Shown: positions 1 to 13,443 of the stretch, piece by piece
Numbering within the stretch: position 1 is the first letter of the stretch
How the letters are laid out: each line of letters begins with the position of its first letter
Assembly (NCBI GenBank): GCA_002633005.1
Contig: NMRA01000592.1
Location: 10,855-74,854, forward strand
DNA from: Phoronis australis
Taxonomy: Eukaryota > Animalia > Phoronida
DNA: 64,000 nt
Direction of reading: 5' to 3'
Position numbers and translations under genes: made by a program
The notes under the pieces: model-generated
Seen by the model: only the letters and a program-made list of their open reading frames with translations
Database searches by the model: none
Told to the model about the DNA's origin: nothing

Positions 1-425
1 CCGTTCGCAGGATCTTTACGAAATTGTGTAAGTATATTTATATGATGTTAACAACGGAAGATGACGACTTTTGGACGGATCCGACTACCGGTGTGCCCCC
101 TAGTGGCAATTTTAGTTTTTTACGCTTACCTTTGTATCTTCAAAAGTCCTGAACGGATTTTCATGAAATTTGGTATGTAGGCACCTATTAGTGACATGAC
201 GCTATCCTCCCGTTTTCGGATGGATTTGACATAGTTTGCGCCACCTAGTGGCCATTTTTACTGTTTTCGAGTCTGTATTTTTGCGTCCACCCCTCTATCA
301 ACCAAACCACTCAAAGGATGATTGTGAAAATTGCCGTGTATGTGCTTACTCCCGAAAGAAGAGGAATACGGTCTTCGGGATTGCCGCTCTGAAGTCTGAC
401 TTTTTCGCGGTCTATCTATTTTTCA
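1..425 (+). mobile_element. Partial DINE-1/Helentron-type element (family A) with CTCF-like motifs
   Basis: Reverse complement of the internal repeats at 27700-28200; contains gtgccccctagtggc and gcgccacctagtggc. Confidence 0.8.
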
Positions 426-1105
426 AAAATGTAATTATTTATTGAAAATAAAAGTATAATAATGTGGCATTATTGTAAGTTAGAATTTGATTTTAATTTA
501 ATACAAGCTACCGATGATCAAAACTGTGCAAGATTTTTACGGATAGCAAAAAATGAAATTCAGGTTAGCAACAACTCAAGTTTTATGCATGAGGGCGTAT
601 AAACTAATGAATACACAGAAGTGTCTAGAGTTCATGCCGTAGCTCATTTCGGCGCCTGTGAACGTGTGACAATGGTTCAGATACCATAGTTACTCTTCTA
701 ATTTGTCTCTCTAGTGTTTTGACACACCTTATAAATAAATGTTCTATAAGAAGAATCGTTAAAAAAATAGCAACTCATGTATGTAGCGTGCACAACACAA
801 GAGGAGGCTCAGCACAGGCAGCCCTACGGTAACACATTACCTAGGTATGCACATGCACGGTGCTATTTGTAATTGTACTTGGGGCAAGTGAATTCGTTGT
901 TTGGGCAAGTAAAAATTTCAACTATTTGCCTGAAGGGCAAGTGGCTTAAAAAGTTAATGTTGAGCCCTGGTTTTTATAGTACATGCATCCCGAGGCAGTG
1001 GGAGACAGTGTGGTGAAGCCCTGGCAAATGACTAAATGTTCAGTTCTAATTTCATTTGGTGTGTTAAACTTATTACATTCACTGATCTTGTTTAACATGT
1101 TACAG

Positions 1106-1185
1106 AGTCGAACAACTCGTGGTAAGAAGACTTCTGCCCTGGTAGATAGTACCAACATGCCTCCACCCAGCACACAGAGAACAAG
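1106..1185 (+). CDS. CDCA8: Borealin internal exon (SRTTRGKKTSALVDSTNMPPPSTQRTR); earlier exons lie before the window
   Basis: ttacag acceptor and gtaat donor; the phase-2 end joins the next exon in frame. Confidence 0.75.
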
Positions 1186-2188
1186 GTAATACACAGGCTT
1201 AGCTACCACTTGCTCGTGCATCACATTTGTGTCTGCAGTATTGTAGTTTCTCTTGCAGATTTTTCGTGTAGTCTGTCATGTGTGTTCCTATCAGGGCGAC
1301 AACAGATGAGGGCTATGTTTGGGCAAATTTGGCCACTACAGCGCCACTCAGTGGCAATTGTTACAGTTAGTGTTATGCTTTAAGATCTGCCAAGTCCCTG
1401 GAAGAATGTATTGACATTGACAAATGTGCTTTGATCAAGGAGGGGATGACAAGGCAGTTCCGTTATGTTGTGGGCTCCTTAGTAGCAATTTTATTTTGTG
1501 GTGTTTGCCTCTTTAAGTGGAGTAATGCTACAAGGTTTTTGACTTATAAAAATTAAAAAGAGGCGTAACCAGGCTGGGCTATGTAGGACACTCATGTGCT
1601 TAACCTAGGAGTATTGAGGAGGTTGTCTTGTCTCCTTTTATTAGATGTTCTCTTGTTGGTGTTTTATTAGCGTGGTTTGTGCTGTGTAGATGTCAACATT
1701 GGGTAAAGTTGCCATTATTTGTTGTAAGGTTATGTATGTTGAGTTGTGTGTGACTGTTCACAATAATTGTCTTCATTTTTACAAGTTTACAAAACGTACG
1801 CTTTCCCCGACCCCCTCCCTCGCCCCAATGGCATGCAAAAATGGCAGATTTTTATGAGCTATACGTAAACTGCAAATGTGCTTCAATCAAGAAAATTAAA
1901 GGCTAGTGTTGGTTTGTGCAGTGATGTGGCATTAAAATAAAGCATCCATCCCATGGAAAGCAGTGTGAACTGATGGGGCTACCCTCATTGTAAATTTTAC
2001 ATTAATAAATTTTCATGATGTTGAAAAGGAATTAGAAATGTTGACTTCTGTTATCTGAATTCCTCATTTTTATGACATCAAAAGCACACATTAGCAGTAA
2101 GCCCCGACCCCTACCTCAAAAGCCAACTGTCTGTGCACTCATGAAAACGGCGATAGTTGTGAATGGTCCCCAACTGTGTCTGTTACAG

Positions 2189-2287
2189 GCGAACCCAGAC
2201 GCGAGAGCTTAGGACGCCTGCTGTTAAGGGTGGACCCAGTCGAGCCGGCTGGGAGACTCCTCTTGTTACACCCAAGTTTGATCCAAG
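2189..2287 (+). CDS. CDCA8: Borealin exon (RTQTRELRTPAVKGGPSRAGWETPLVTPKFDPR)
   Basis: AG/GT boundaries, 99 nt, phase 2/2; TPKFDPR resembles the Borealin TPRFD motif. Confidence 0.88.
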
Positions 2288-2949
2288 GTATGTGGCTGTG
2301 CTCCAAGTCAATTTGTGGTGTCCCTTTTGTCAATAACGGCCTCTTCCCATTCTAAGTGAGGTCAACTTAGTATTGTTAAAGTGTCTGTGAACACTAAGTA
2401 CTATGTTGAACCTTCCACCACATTAAGGGGTGAAAACAACATGACTGTTGTACTCATGGACATTGTGCATGACTGAAAATGGCTCGTTGGCCTGGTAAAC
2501 TCAGTTGACTGACTGGTAAACGGAGCTTGCTGACCACAACACATGATGCTGAATTTGCAAACCACTGTCTATGTAGTCAAAAACATGGCTCCCAACTCAC
2601 AAACGCGGCTCACTGACTGCCTGACAGGGACCTTGTATGTCATATATGTTAGTCCAGGCATGACTTTGTGAGTCGTTGGACTGTGGTTTTGGGGGTGCGT
2701 AAGCGTGTTTTTGTGAGTTGGGCAGTGTTTAGCAGTTGGTCAATCATGTTGATATTTGATAGTCAGCTCGTGAGTCTATGAGTTTGTGAATTTAGTCAGC
2801 GTAAAGTGAACAAATGCCTGTTTGTGTGCCAGAATATATGGAGAAGAAAACTTTCTTTTGGCTTGTTCTTATGCAGTGAATATTATGTATATGTCAATGC
2901 ATTATCCTGTCTTCATCTCCCCCCCTTCCAGTATCCACTGCTGAATCTC

Positions 2950-3850
2950 CATGGTGGAATTTTGTGAAATGTTGGCGACATATTCCTATCATGGATGAGA
3001 CAGCATTAGCAAATTTTCAGACGAATCCGACAACCAGTGTACTCTTAGTGACAAGGTTATTTTTTTACGTTTTCCTCTGTTCCTTTTGTGTTCCTTGGTT
3101 TCTATAAGAAGATGATGACATCTTGTTATTTTTTAGTAGATTTGGTATATTTATGTCACCTATTGGTCATTTTTATTTGCTCACATGTGTGGCTGCATGT
3201 TACCATCATCTCAGTTCACCGTTCGCTGATGTATGTCTTAAACTCCTTGCAAGATCTTGATAAGATTCGACCGTTGTGTTATGATGCTGACAACAGATCA
3301 CAGCAAATTTTGGACCGATCTGACTACCACTGTGCCCTTGGTGGCAATTTAAGCTTTTTTATGTTTACCTCTGTATCTTTGGAGTTTCTCAGTGTGTTTT
3401 CATGAAATTTGGCTTATAGGTTTCAATCTATTAAGGAGACTGCAATGCTTTCTTGTTTTGTTGATGTATTCTGCGCCACCTAGTAGACATTAGAAAATTT
3501 GAGTCCATTTTGGCATTTGCCATTTTATCTGCCAAACCACCCCAAAAAGAGAAGTGTTCCTGTTGATGTATGACTGAAATTTTGGATGTGTTATCCTATA
3601 AATGTGACATCTTCCCATGTGACTTTTGGATGAGTCTGGCTACCACTGTGCCCTCCAGACTTTGATGTTTGCTTCTGTATCTTAGGACTTCTTATTGGCG
3701 GCTTTTCATGAAGTTTAGCAAACAGTTACTGTTATAACAGCACCTTTCTGTTTTGGGATGGATTTGATGTTTTTTTGTCACTGTGGTGCTTAATGGCCAT
3801 TTTTATTATTCTTTCTAGTTGTCTCCCTCTGTATACAGAGCAGACCAGAA
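2950..3850 (+). mobile_element. Degenerate family A DINE-1-like copy
   Basis: Diverged copies of the same internal unit (gtgcccttggtggcaat, gcgccacctagt, tggccatttttatt); boundaries approximate. Confidence 0.65.
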
Positions 3851-4034
3851 TAGGTACAGTTCTGTTCGCTGTTTTAGAGCTGCACATTTGCTGAAATTCT
3901 GACATAAGCTGAAACATTTATTGGTACTACTCAATTCACATTTCCTTTCACCACCCCAATCTGTTTGTTTGCCTTCAGCTAATGCACAGTCACATCCGTG
4001 ACTATAGTCATGAGTGTCAACTTTCTGTTTGTAG

Positions 4035-4143
4035 GCTACCAGTAACACCAGGCATGTTGCGTAACCCTAAACCAGGTGAAAGAGTGATGTCCATGGCAGG
4101 CAGTCCATTGGCAGTGCAGGGGACAGGGGACGGTTCAAGGCAG
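4035..4143 (+). CDS. CDCA8: Borealin exon (LPVTPGMLRNPKPGERVMSMAGSPLAVQGTGDGSRQ)
   Basis: ttgtag acceptor and gtaaga donor; matches the TPG-LR-P--GE---S--GSPL signature of Borealin. Confidence 0.92.
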
Positions 4144-4411
4144 GTAAGAAAGTCAGTCCAGATCCAGTCTGCACTGCATATCACACTCTTCTCTCAAGGG
4201 TCCGCTTGTTACAGAGTACCAGCTTTGTGCTTTTTTCGATTCCAATAATTTTGTATGCCGCTGTATGTAATTTCAGTTATTGACAGCAATTCGGTGTTTT
4301 TGAAACCCGCCCAATTCTAAAGAAATGTTAATTTTATGTGAAAGTCACAAAATTGTAGTTTGATGTGATTGTGTAGCATTTGTGTTGACATATGTCTTGC
4401 TTCCATTGTAG

Positions 4412-4534
4412 ATTCTTCTGGATGCTGCAGCAGAAGTGGAGAATATGGAGATTCCTACACTCGATAGTGGCGCTATTGAAAATATACAGAAACTGCATGA
4501 GAAATTGGGTGCCCTCCTACAACAGGTGAAGTAG
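4412..4534 (+). CDS. CDCA8: Borealin terminal coding exon (ILLDAAAEVENMEIPTLDSGAIENIQKLHEKLGALLQQVK*)
   Basis: Phase-0 acceptor; the LD--A--NI-KL--L helix resembles the C-terminal dimerisation domain; TAG stop. Confidence 0.85.
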   Translation: MLLDAAAEVENMEIPTLDSGAIENIQKLHEKLGALLQQVK

Positions 4535-5059
4535 ACAGAGGGCCCCCAAGTACTATTAGTGACTCACTTTGCAGTGTTTATTGCTGGAGAGAATGTGAAC
4601 GCCTGTCTGAACTGGAATATGTAGTCGTAGCACAATTCAAATTTGTGTATGTTCTTTAGTGTGAGAGGTGTCAATTTTACAGTGCGCTGGTGTCCATAAT
4701 TCTTGAAGCTCTTCCGACACTCTACGTTTCCGGTAAACAGAAAGATGAGGTGTTTACCACTTCTTGAAGGTCACGCCTGTGAAGGTATGCTGTCTTCTCA
4801 CAGGACTGATAACTTCTTCAACAAATGTTGAAATGAATCATGGCTTGGCTTGGCATTCCCAAGGAACATAGTTGATAAAAACGAGTGACCTAAAATGTAC
4901 ATATGTTGTAGTCTGCAAATAGAATCTTTTATAAACAGAAGGATAGTTGTGTTTTTACAAGCTGCTGAACTCAACTCATCACCCTTCAAGCTGCAGTGGT
5001 GGCTAATACATTTGAACACTGATAAGTGACATGACGTATGTNCCGACTGCACCGTAGAC

Positions 5060-6087
5060 AGTATCCTTCCAGGGGACGGTGTTTATTAGCATCATAAAAA
5101 TGGACAGAATGTGTCAAAGCCATCCGAATATGGGAAGATGTATTTGCTAAATTTCATGAAAATCCATCAACTCCAAAGATTATAATTTCATGAAAAAATG
5201 TCGGCGTTAGACAGGTCCATCTAAGTCATGGGCATTTATATAACACTTGCAAAATTTCAGTAAGATCCAGCAAAGAATTGAAATAAGCAGTAGATGCTTA
5301 CACACAAAATCACCACTAGGGTGCACCTCACTTGAACCCCTCCAAACATCAAAATCGGCTAGTCTTCTCAGGAACAAATCCCGAAATTTTTTTAAATTAT
5401 TTGAGTGGTTAAGCAGATGTCAAAATACACATGAAAAATAAAAATGGATGCTGTGTGGTGCAAATGTACAACAAATTCAATCACAAATGGAACATCGTGG
5501 TCTCCTTTAATAAGAGAAATCTGCTCCATTTCATAAGATCTGTCGATAAGGGGCACAGCAGTAAGACTTGTCACCTGTTGACAACTGCATAAGAACACAG
5601 TCAAATATCACAAAGATCCTACAAAAAGATAAGGTGATAAAGCAGTAGACACAATAGAAAACTTAATTGGCACCAAAGAAGTCAAATCCATTTAATAATC
5701 AGCCTCCACATCAGAAACAATTCAATTTTCACAATGACCCAGTTAGGCACACAAAAAGGACGCCAAAAATGGACTCGAAAATTTTAAAATGCCCACCAGG
5801 TGCAACAGAATGCCTCAAATTCATCTGAAAATGGGAAGGCATTTTCTCCTTTTACAGAAAACTGCCAAATTCCATGGAAATCCATTGAGGAGACCCAAGG
5901 CAAGCCTAAAAAATAACATTTCCACTAGTGGTAATTGGATGGGTCAGAAATTTGACAGTTTCATAGGAACACATCTGCCAAATTTGGTTTAGAAGCTGCA
6001 AGGGATTTAAGATAAACAGCAGCACACTACCAGACATAGATGACAGCAATTAACACACCCAAATATATATATGTGGGCACATAGAAA
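5060..6087 (-). mobile_element. Degenerate family A DINE-1-like fragments
   Basis: Ends in ...atatgtgggcacatagaaaa like the other copies; diverged internal units; boundaries approximate. Confidence 0.55.
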
Positions 6088-7548
6088 AGGCAAAAAATTA
6101 CAAGAGTGCAACACATCTTACATGAGAAAAAATGAAACAAAATGAGATGTGACATTTATTTTATTTGAATCAGATTGCGGTTAAAACTGGTATAAAATAT
6201 CTCTGCATCACAACTTTTCAGACATTTTTACTCTTTCAAACCAACTATTCTTGTCCTTTGATTACGATAAAATGGCCACAATTCCCATACTGCATGGAAA
6301 AATGAAAGAGACATGACCTGATGCGACGAACAACTTTTAAACAGTTAAAACAAGCCTGATCAAAAGCAATGATGGACTGACCTTTCAAACCTAAAATCGT
6401 TTCTAACCTGAACAAATAACAAGATGCAATTGCTTGATAATAAATGGCCAATATAAATCAAGAGTTGGTTATGACAGAAAGCAAGTGAGCATTCATTGCA
6501 TCTTCAACAAGTTCATTTGGAAATAATACAAAGAATGACTACTCCAGAATTAAAGAACATTATGTGCGTACACCAAGCCCTTAGATCCTCATTTTACGTG
6601 GTTTGTCAACAGACTCGCCCTGGAATCTGTGTCCGACACAGAGCCACATGGTTTGTTGAGAGATTCCCCCCCGCACTCTGTCCGACACTGAGTGCAGTGG
6701 AAAGCCGAGTCCTTTTACACTGTTCTTTGACTGCTTACAATAAGTCAACACAAATAATTTCTTACAATTAATAAAGATTGGTGCAATCAGTTTGTTAAGT
6801 TGCAAGCAGCCAAAATCACAAACTTCTAGTCACTGGAATAAATGTAGCATCAGTCAATCTTCCTCTTAAAACAATCAACTTCTTTCAATTCGTGGTGTTG
6901 TGGATGACTTGAGAGTCACTGGTTGGCACTTAACAGTTCTATTGTATACAAATATGAAGACATTCACAGGAGGCCATGTGGCACCTCCATTCAGGTATTC
7001 ATCAGGGAGGCCTTTATTCATTGGCGCCACCTTGTGAATATCAAGTCACTCGAAAAGAAATTTACCAAAGCATTTGTCCCCAAAACATAACCAATAAATA
7101 TCAAAGATGGCATTGCATATTTTTTTTAACCGATTGTAAAAGTTGTAGTGTAGAGCGGTTATAACTCTGAAGGGTGGTTTAGCAAGCAGTTACATGGTAT
7201 AATGGTTATAACTCTCTGAAGGGTGGTTTAGCAAGCAATTATGGTTATAACTCATTGTGAATGCTCACAGCAGTTGTAAAAACAACCTACTGTGAATATG
7301 GAATAAAATTCAGTGGCACAAACCTCTAGCTACTAAAAGCAGGAACTAATAGTGGTTGTAACAGTCAGTGTGAACAGTTACGGTTACATTGATTTACGTT
7401 GCAAATATCAGCTGTGTAATATACTATGTACAAAAGTGAGTATTTCCCATCCAAATATGGGAAGCAGTCGATGAATATGACTGGTCATTATCCGAAGATC
7501 AGTTCATTGCATGTGTTTTGGGAGCTAAAATTCAGATGCGCTGATGAT

Positions 7549-7596
7549 TCACTCAAAGTCTTCCTCATTTCTTGACTGCTTGGATGACTGGCTGGG
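7549..7596 (-). CDS. NBN: Nibrin exon 15 (PSQSSKQSRNEEDFE*, or spliced at 7553 to an unidentified last exon)
   Basis: tgttgtag acceptor in phase 0; acidic-F segment at the expected position; GA|gtgaat can be read as a donor or as GAG TGA. Confidence 0.6.
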   Translation of the reverse strand, partial: PSQSSKQSRNEEDFE

Positions 7597-8354
7597 CTAC
7601 AACAGCACAAACAGACAGATTACCAACAAGTTCAATCTAGACCAAAACAGTGAGGAATGATAGCACGCCAACCCTCCTAATGCACAACTGCCTACAGTAT
7701 AAGCCAAAACAAAAAAATGACCCATTATTTCCTGTCATGGCGACTGAGCCCAAATGAAATTCCCCGCTATGACAGTTGATTGTAAGAGGAATTGTCCATC
7801 ACAGCAGCCATCCCTCGTGATGGAGAACAACGGGTAATTTATCAGAACGCTAAAAAAAGGAAATTAAAGCAACTCACTATTCCTAGGTGCGACGGCCCCC
7901 AGAAATAGTGTTATCCCTATTTGAAATGCACAATCCAATGGATAGCATATTTACTAAGCAGAGTACATAAATCATTTCAGGTGGCTGTGCTTGCAAAGTG
8001 CAAAACTGTCTTAACAGTTCAAGAAAAAATCTTCCTCTTTTTGGACAAACTTTGACCCTATGCAATAATGTTTTGCAAAATGATTGCCAGTTTTGTTTGC
8101 GCTTATGATTTTGCGATGACTGAGTTGTACCCAGGCATCGGTGTCGCACTGGGAGTAAACAACGCGCACTACATGCTATTAACAAAACACAAAATTTTGA
8201 ACAATCTAATAATACCATTAATAGTAAAAGTATGGGTTTCACTGTTGCAACAAAAGTTTAGTATAGGGAAATAAACCGATAAGTACGACGATAACCGTCA
8301 AGTTGTTGAGCTGTCACTTTAGTGTACATAATACACTGGACTTATTTTACTTAC

Positions 8355-8468
8355 ATTTTGACTCATACCAAAGTCAACATCATCTCCAGCACCATTTGAG
8401 CCACTGTGACACACCAAATCAGCACCACCAATTATAGCAGGGAAGTTGTTGCTACCGATGTTCACTAC
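8355..8468 (-). CDS. NBN: Nibrin exon 14 (VVNIGSNNFPAIIGGADLVCH...)
   Basis: 114 nt, AG/GTAAGT; conserved P-IIGG-DL motif of the Nbs1 C-terminal region. Confidence 0.92.
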
Positions 8469-10154
8469 CTGCAGTTGGTTGACACAATCATCAGTAGTGA
8501 AGACCATCAGATGGACTTGGTTTACAGAATAGCATTAAATGCAACAGTAGGACTAACAATATGGATACCATTCACTTTTGTCAGTTTTAGAGAAAGACAG
8601 GGCAAGTTCTGTCTATGCAATCACTCAAAATGGTATTCAAAACTGTTTTGAATTCATTCATCTCCAAAGCCTTCCTAGAACAGATTTTATTTTTGTCATA
8701 GATTTATTGGAGTACCCAAATAATCCCAGCAATACTTAAGCAACACTGTCAAATGATACGCGAGGCAGTCTTTTCCTGTACTAGTGTGTCACCACCAGAA
8801 TACAGTACGAAAGACTGAAAGTGTATTGAACAAGGGTCTTGATAGAAGGCCACAAAAGGATTCGTAAGCCAATCAGTGTTCATTACATTTGACAATTTAC
8901 AGAATGGTGTCGCTGGCCAGAATATGCTCAAAACATCTTGTAGCAATCAAAATCACATGGGTTACCATTCGAGGCAGGCTTTTAAAGCTACAAAGACTGC
9001 TGCTTCGGTGACATGACTTTTAGTTCAGGACAACCTATTTCATACAATATTTATTGCAATGGAACAAAAAACAGTGGGTCGTGAAATAAGAAAATTCGAA
9101 GTTTAATTGACATCAGTCATTGTCAATGTTGTGTATGAGAATTAGCCACAAGCTGACAGATCCGAAACTATGTCATTAGCAGTCACAGTCCAAAACATGA
9201 CTAAAAGAGCTCAGAAGCAATGTGCCAAGTAGATAAGTATTTTAAACAGATTACCTGAATCAAATGAGGCCACTAGCCTCGATTTCAGTTAATTCTAACC
9301 ATTGACCGAAGCTCAAAACAAACATTTATAGCTTTGGTCAAATCTAGTAACTCCAAGAAGTCTATCCTACCCAACAATGCAACCACAGTGCACCACATGA
9401 ACTATATTTCTAGGGGAACTCATAAATTTCATGCAAGGCACAAGGAGACAAATATTTCACCAAAAGGGGTAGCTGCAATAGTCAGAAGTAAGAAAACGAA
9501 TGGGTACCTCAGATTTTAAGCTAAAATAGAATCAAACAGTTTAAGAAAAAAGCAGCTTCAACATATGCAACAAAAAATCAAAGATGTCAGAAAGGACAGC
9601 ACTAGGAACCTAGACATGAGCAGGTCTAGTCTTATTCCCTTCCTAAAGAACAATCATAAAGTTTGGTAGATACAAAGATGGGGACAGTACCAGTTGGAAC
9701 ATATTCAAAACTGGTCATTTCCAAAAACAGAACAGCCACATGGGGTGCTGCAGTAGTCAAATCCGCTCAAAAACCGACTGGTACCATTGCATCACACGCA
9801 TACCTCAGTGTCAAATTTTCATTGAAATCTGTCAATCGCTTTTCTGGATATCATCAAGATATCATGCGGAACTGCCGTTCCCTCAAAAAACACTCACTGA
9901 AAAGCACCACCCCTCTGGCCCCGGGGCAGAGCAGATTAAAAAGTTGCAAATCCCATTCTAGTGATGTCTTCCACTTTTGCACCAAATTTCATTAAGATCC
10001 AACCAGGGGTTTTTAAGATATTGAGTGGACAAACAGACAGGACGAAAACAATATGCAGACTTACCAAAATGTATTTTTGGCCCAAAAACAGACTGTTTCC
10101 ACTAGAAGGTTATAATGTGTTTGGAATGGAAAGCACGGTTTTATTTTGGCTTAA

Positions 10155-11425
10155 AGGCGAAGGCAACCTTTGTCCATGTCATTTTTAGCAAAAATAGGGT
10201 TCGTTGATTATCCCAGACATATTTTTCACTTATTTACTGCTTTTCGTAATTTATTTACTTACTCGTCATCTACTCCGGAAGTGACGTTTTGGGAGGCAAG
10301 AATTTCGCGCCAATTTCTTTTCATATAGTCTGACTGTGAGAGCAGTCAAGTCAGTCATTGTTCTACCTCGGTTGTGATAAGTTCGGTCGTCGTTTGCTTT
10401 TGCTTACGAGTCAGTCAACATGCCACGCTGTTGCTGCGTACTGGGGTGTACTCATTATCGTCTCACGTACAGAAGAACTGTACCACTTAGTGCCTGAGTG
10501 TCCCGCGACACATTCCCAATGAAGGGTGATCTGAGCACCCAAACTGTATACATCCTGCCGTGTGACTCCCTCGCCACACACCTGGCACCTTCCAAATAGC
10601 TCCAATACAAATCCACAATAAACTTATCAAACTTAGGCTCACCGATCTGTTAATTGGATGATGAACTGTCCTCTTCACAGTGGGTGTCGAACTGGGCCTG
10701 TATTCACTCCCACACATTGCTGCAGGACTGCTTACAGGCTCTGGGCTAGAGACAACAGCACAGGGCAAATCACTACCAGTTTCTGGAATTGCACGTAATG
10801 GGGTACGTTCGGAGGCATGGGTGACAGTAGATGAAGTGCCTCCAGTCACTGTATATAGTGGCCACAGCTCGCGAGGCTTCTCGCTTCAAAAATGCACTTC
10901 TCAGGGTTGGCGACGGGGCACTGCCGGGAATCAACAGCGACGGTATGGTACCCTTAGTTCTGCAGGCATTGTTTCGCAGGAACCTTCATCAATTCAGCGT
11001 ACATATCTGTCATAATCTGACGGCAGAAAATGCTTGCCACACACTCGGTAACCCTCCACTGCTTTGTACGTTGCGTGGACGGGTAGTGCTGCGTTCTTCA
11101 CATGAACAAGCTAGCCAAGTACGGCGAAGTGTGTCATCTTTCGGAAAGCGACGCAAGGTACCCAAAGCACGTGTGAGACGATAATGAGTACATCCCCGCA
11201 CGCAGCAACAGTGTGGGAACAATGACTGACTCCACAGCTCTCACAGTCAGACTATAATGAAAAGAAATTGGCGCAAAACTCTTGCCTCCCAAAACGTCAT
11301 TCCAGAGTAGAGGACGAGAAATTAATCAAATTACAAAAAGCTGTAATTAAGTGAAAAATGTGTCTGGGATAATCAACGAACCTTATTTTTGCTGAAAGTG
11401 ACATGAAAAAAGGTTGCTTTCGCCT
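10155..11425. mobile_element. Kolobok-like fold-back DNA transposon with degenerate THAP and transposase N-terminus
   Basis: TTAA on both sides; AGG...CCT termini; inverted arms of about 250-310 bp; the minus strand encodes CCVRGC...FPKD...W (THAP) and C--C...C--GH---W-S. Confidence 0.85.
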
Positions 11426-11622
11426 TTAATCATTCTTATGTTATTCTCAATTCAAATTTTTGACTCACAGAAACGGTGCTCAAAATAGCTTTACTATCAG
11501 TCAAATCCTTATGAGCATATTTCAAGCAAACATAAGGCACTGAACATCAAAATATTAAGTAAATCTTATTAATGTTGAAGAGATATGCTGTTTACAAACA
11601 GTGGTGGTGGCACGAAACTTAC

Positions 11623-11787
11623 TTTCTTAAACTTTTTGAAGTTCTTCACGGGCTTGCCATTCCATATAGTGGCACCATTCTGGGCAGACTTTGGCTTGCG
11701 GCGTTCACTTGAACCTTTCCGTATAAGTGATACAAGTTCTGTCACAACCTGCGCTTCACACACTTCTCCACCTTCATCTTCAGGAGC
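11623..11787 (-). CDS. NBN: Nibrin exon 13 with the Mre11-binding KNFKKFKK motif
   Basis: 165 nt, phase 0/0, ttttcag acceptor and gtaagt donor. Confidence 0.95.
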
Positions 11788-13007
11788 CTGAAAAATCCAT
11801 ATAGTTACCCAAATATTTCCACAGTCTTTGGCATGCAGCAAGTTATCTACAACGTTAGCCAGTACTGTAGGTTGGTGGATCAACTAGTTATTGGTAAAAC
11901 AGTGCAGCAATTCCCAAGTAATTTGAATGTTATTTACAGTAAACACCGAAAGCATTCAGAGAAAATGACCCAGAATTCCCCGTCTCGATGACTGGATGTA
12001 AGCCAAATTCTTCGCCAGAGTAGTATACCCTCATGATCAAGAATGAAGGGCAATTATTAATAAGTGGAAAGTAACATGGCCCTAATTAGAATGTTTTGAC
12101 CATAATAGTCATAAACAATAATTTTTGCCAGTAACAAAATTCAGTCCCATAATGGGGATACTGTATCAACTTGAACTAGTCGAACTAAATTTCTGTATTT
12201 TTACAAAATGGAGAAAACAAAGCTGCACCAACAGCCAGTTTTCTGAAGCGAGCCTTCATAGCTAAAGATTTCTTTAACTTGGGAATGTAGATTATTGTGA
12301 AGGTTACGTGAACAGATAATTATTTCATAATCCAGATAGTGTTTCATAACAACAGCAAGAGTAGAACATTCAAAATTTCTTTCACAAGTCAAATTTCAGA
12401 AAGATCCCTCAAAAGTCGTCAAAAAAATGGCTCTGCAACGATAAAAATATGACCCACAAAACTATCCTGGATTCAATTTCAACCAAAAACAATAGGCTTT
12501 TAGCTAATGATGAGACAAATTTTGTCTGAAAAATTTTGTTAATTCGATAAAAACACGACCTATAGGGTAAAAACAGACATCAAAATCATCACAAAGCAAC
12601 TAACTAATAACTGACACCTGAAAAAATGCAATTATGATAAAAGCAGGCAAATTCATGAAGATCAGTACGATTGAACCGAACTTACAACTTGATGCAGCTC
12701 CAACTGGTAAACTAAAGACTGGACCGGTAACTAATAAAATATTGAGTAACAAAACAACAACATAGTGAAGTGCTCAGTGGTTACAATAAAAGCCAGCTCA
12801 GGCTGCTAAAGGTAACACATATTAATGGTTTGCTCTACTCACAACTGGCCTTCAAAATTACGCTGTGCCAGCATACCAGCGCTTGGGATATGGAGCCAAG
12901 CACAGTGTGTACGCTACTATTATAAAGCCCATGCCATGAACCACAATAAATGTGAGCTGCAGAACAGTTCATCAAGTATAGTTAATCCACAACTACTATT
13001 TACTTAC

Positions 13008-13443
13008 AACAACTGTACACCTCGTGTTCAAGTAGTCATGTGACCCATTGTCTGCTGTTGTGACTAGTCCACCCGACATCTCCGTATCATGTCTGCTGTG
13101 TTTCTGACTGGCCATACCAGGCACACTGTGACTTGCAGCGCCACCGTATAATGACTCATGCACTTCAACAAGTTTGCCGTTTCTTTCAGTCTTTACTAAA
13201 CCAGCATCAGAGTCCACTCCACCGGCATCACTTCCATTCTTTACGTAAGCTGCCCTCACTGGAATCTCATCTAAGCTGTGATGTTTATTGACACTGGGTC
13301 TTTGTTTATTAGTAACTTTGAAACTATTATCCATTCCAACAGTTGCAGGCAGAGATTTTTCCAATTCTTCCTTAACATCTTGTGATTGACCAATAAGAGC
13401 ACGTCTTTTGTTTGGAGGATTGGGACAGTCGCTACCAAATGGC
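13008..13443 (-). CDS. NBN: Nibrin exon 12 (disordered linker)
   Basis: Open frame matching ORF 12996-13463; ttccag acceptor and gtaagt donor; phases fit both neighbours. Confidence 0.82.

Noticed and set aside
4755-4806. Candidate final NBN exon (PVRRQHTFTGVTFKKW*)
   Set aside because: The acceptor context is purine-rich and the peptide has no recognisable Nbs1 tail motif
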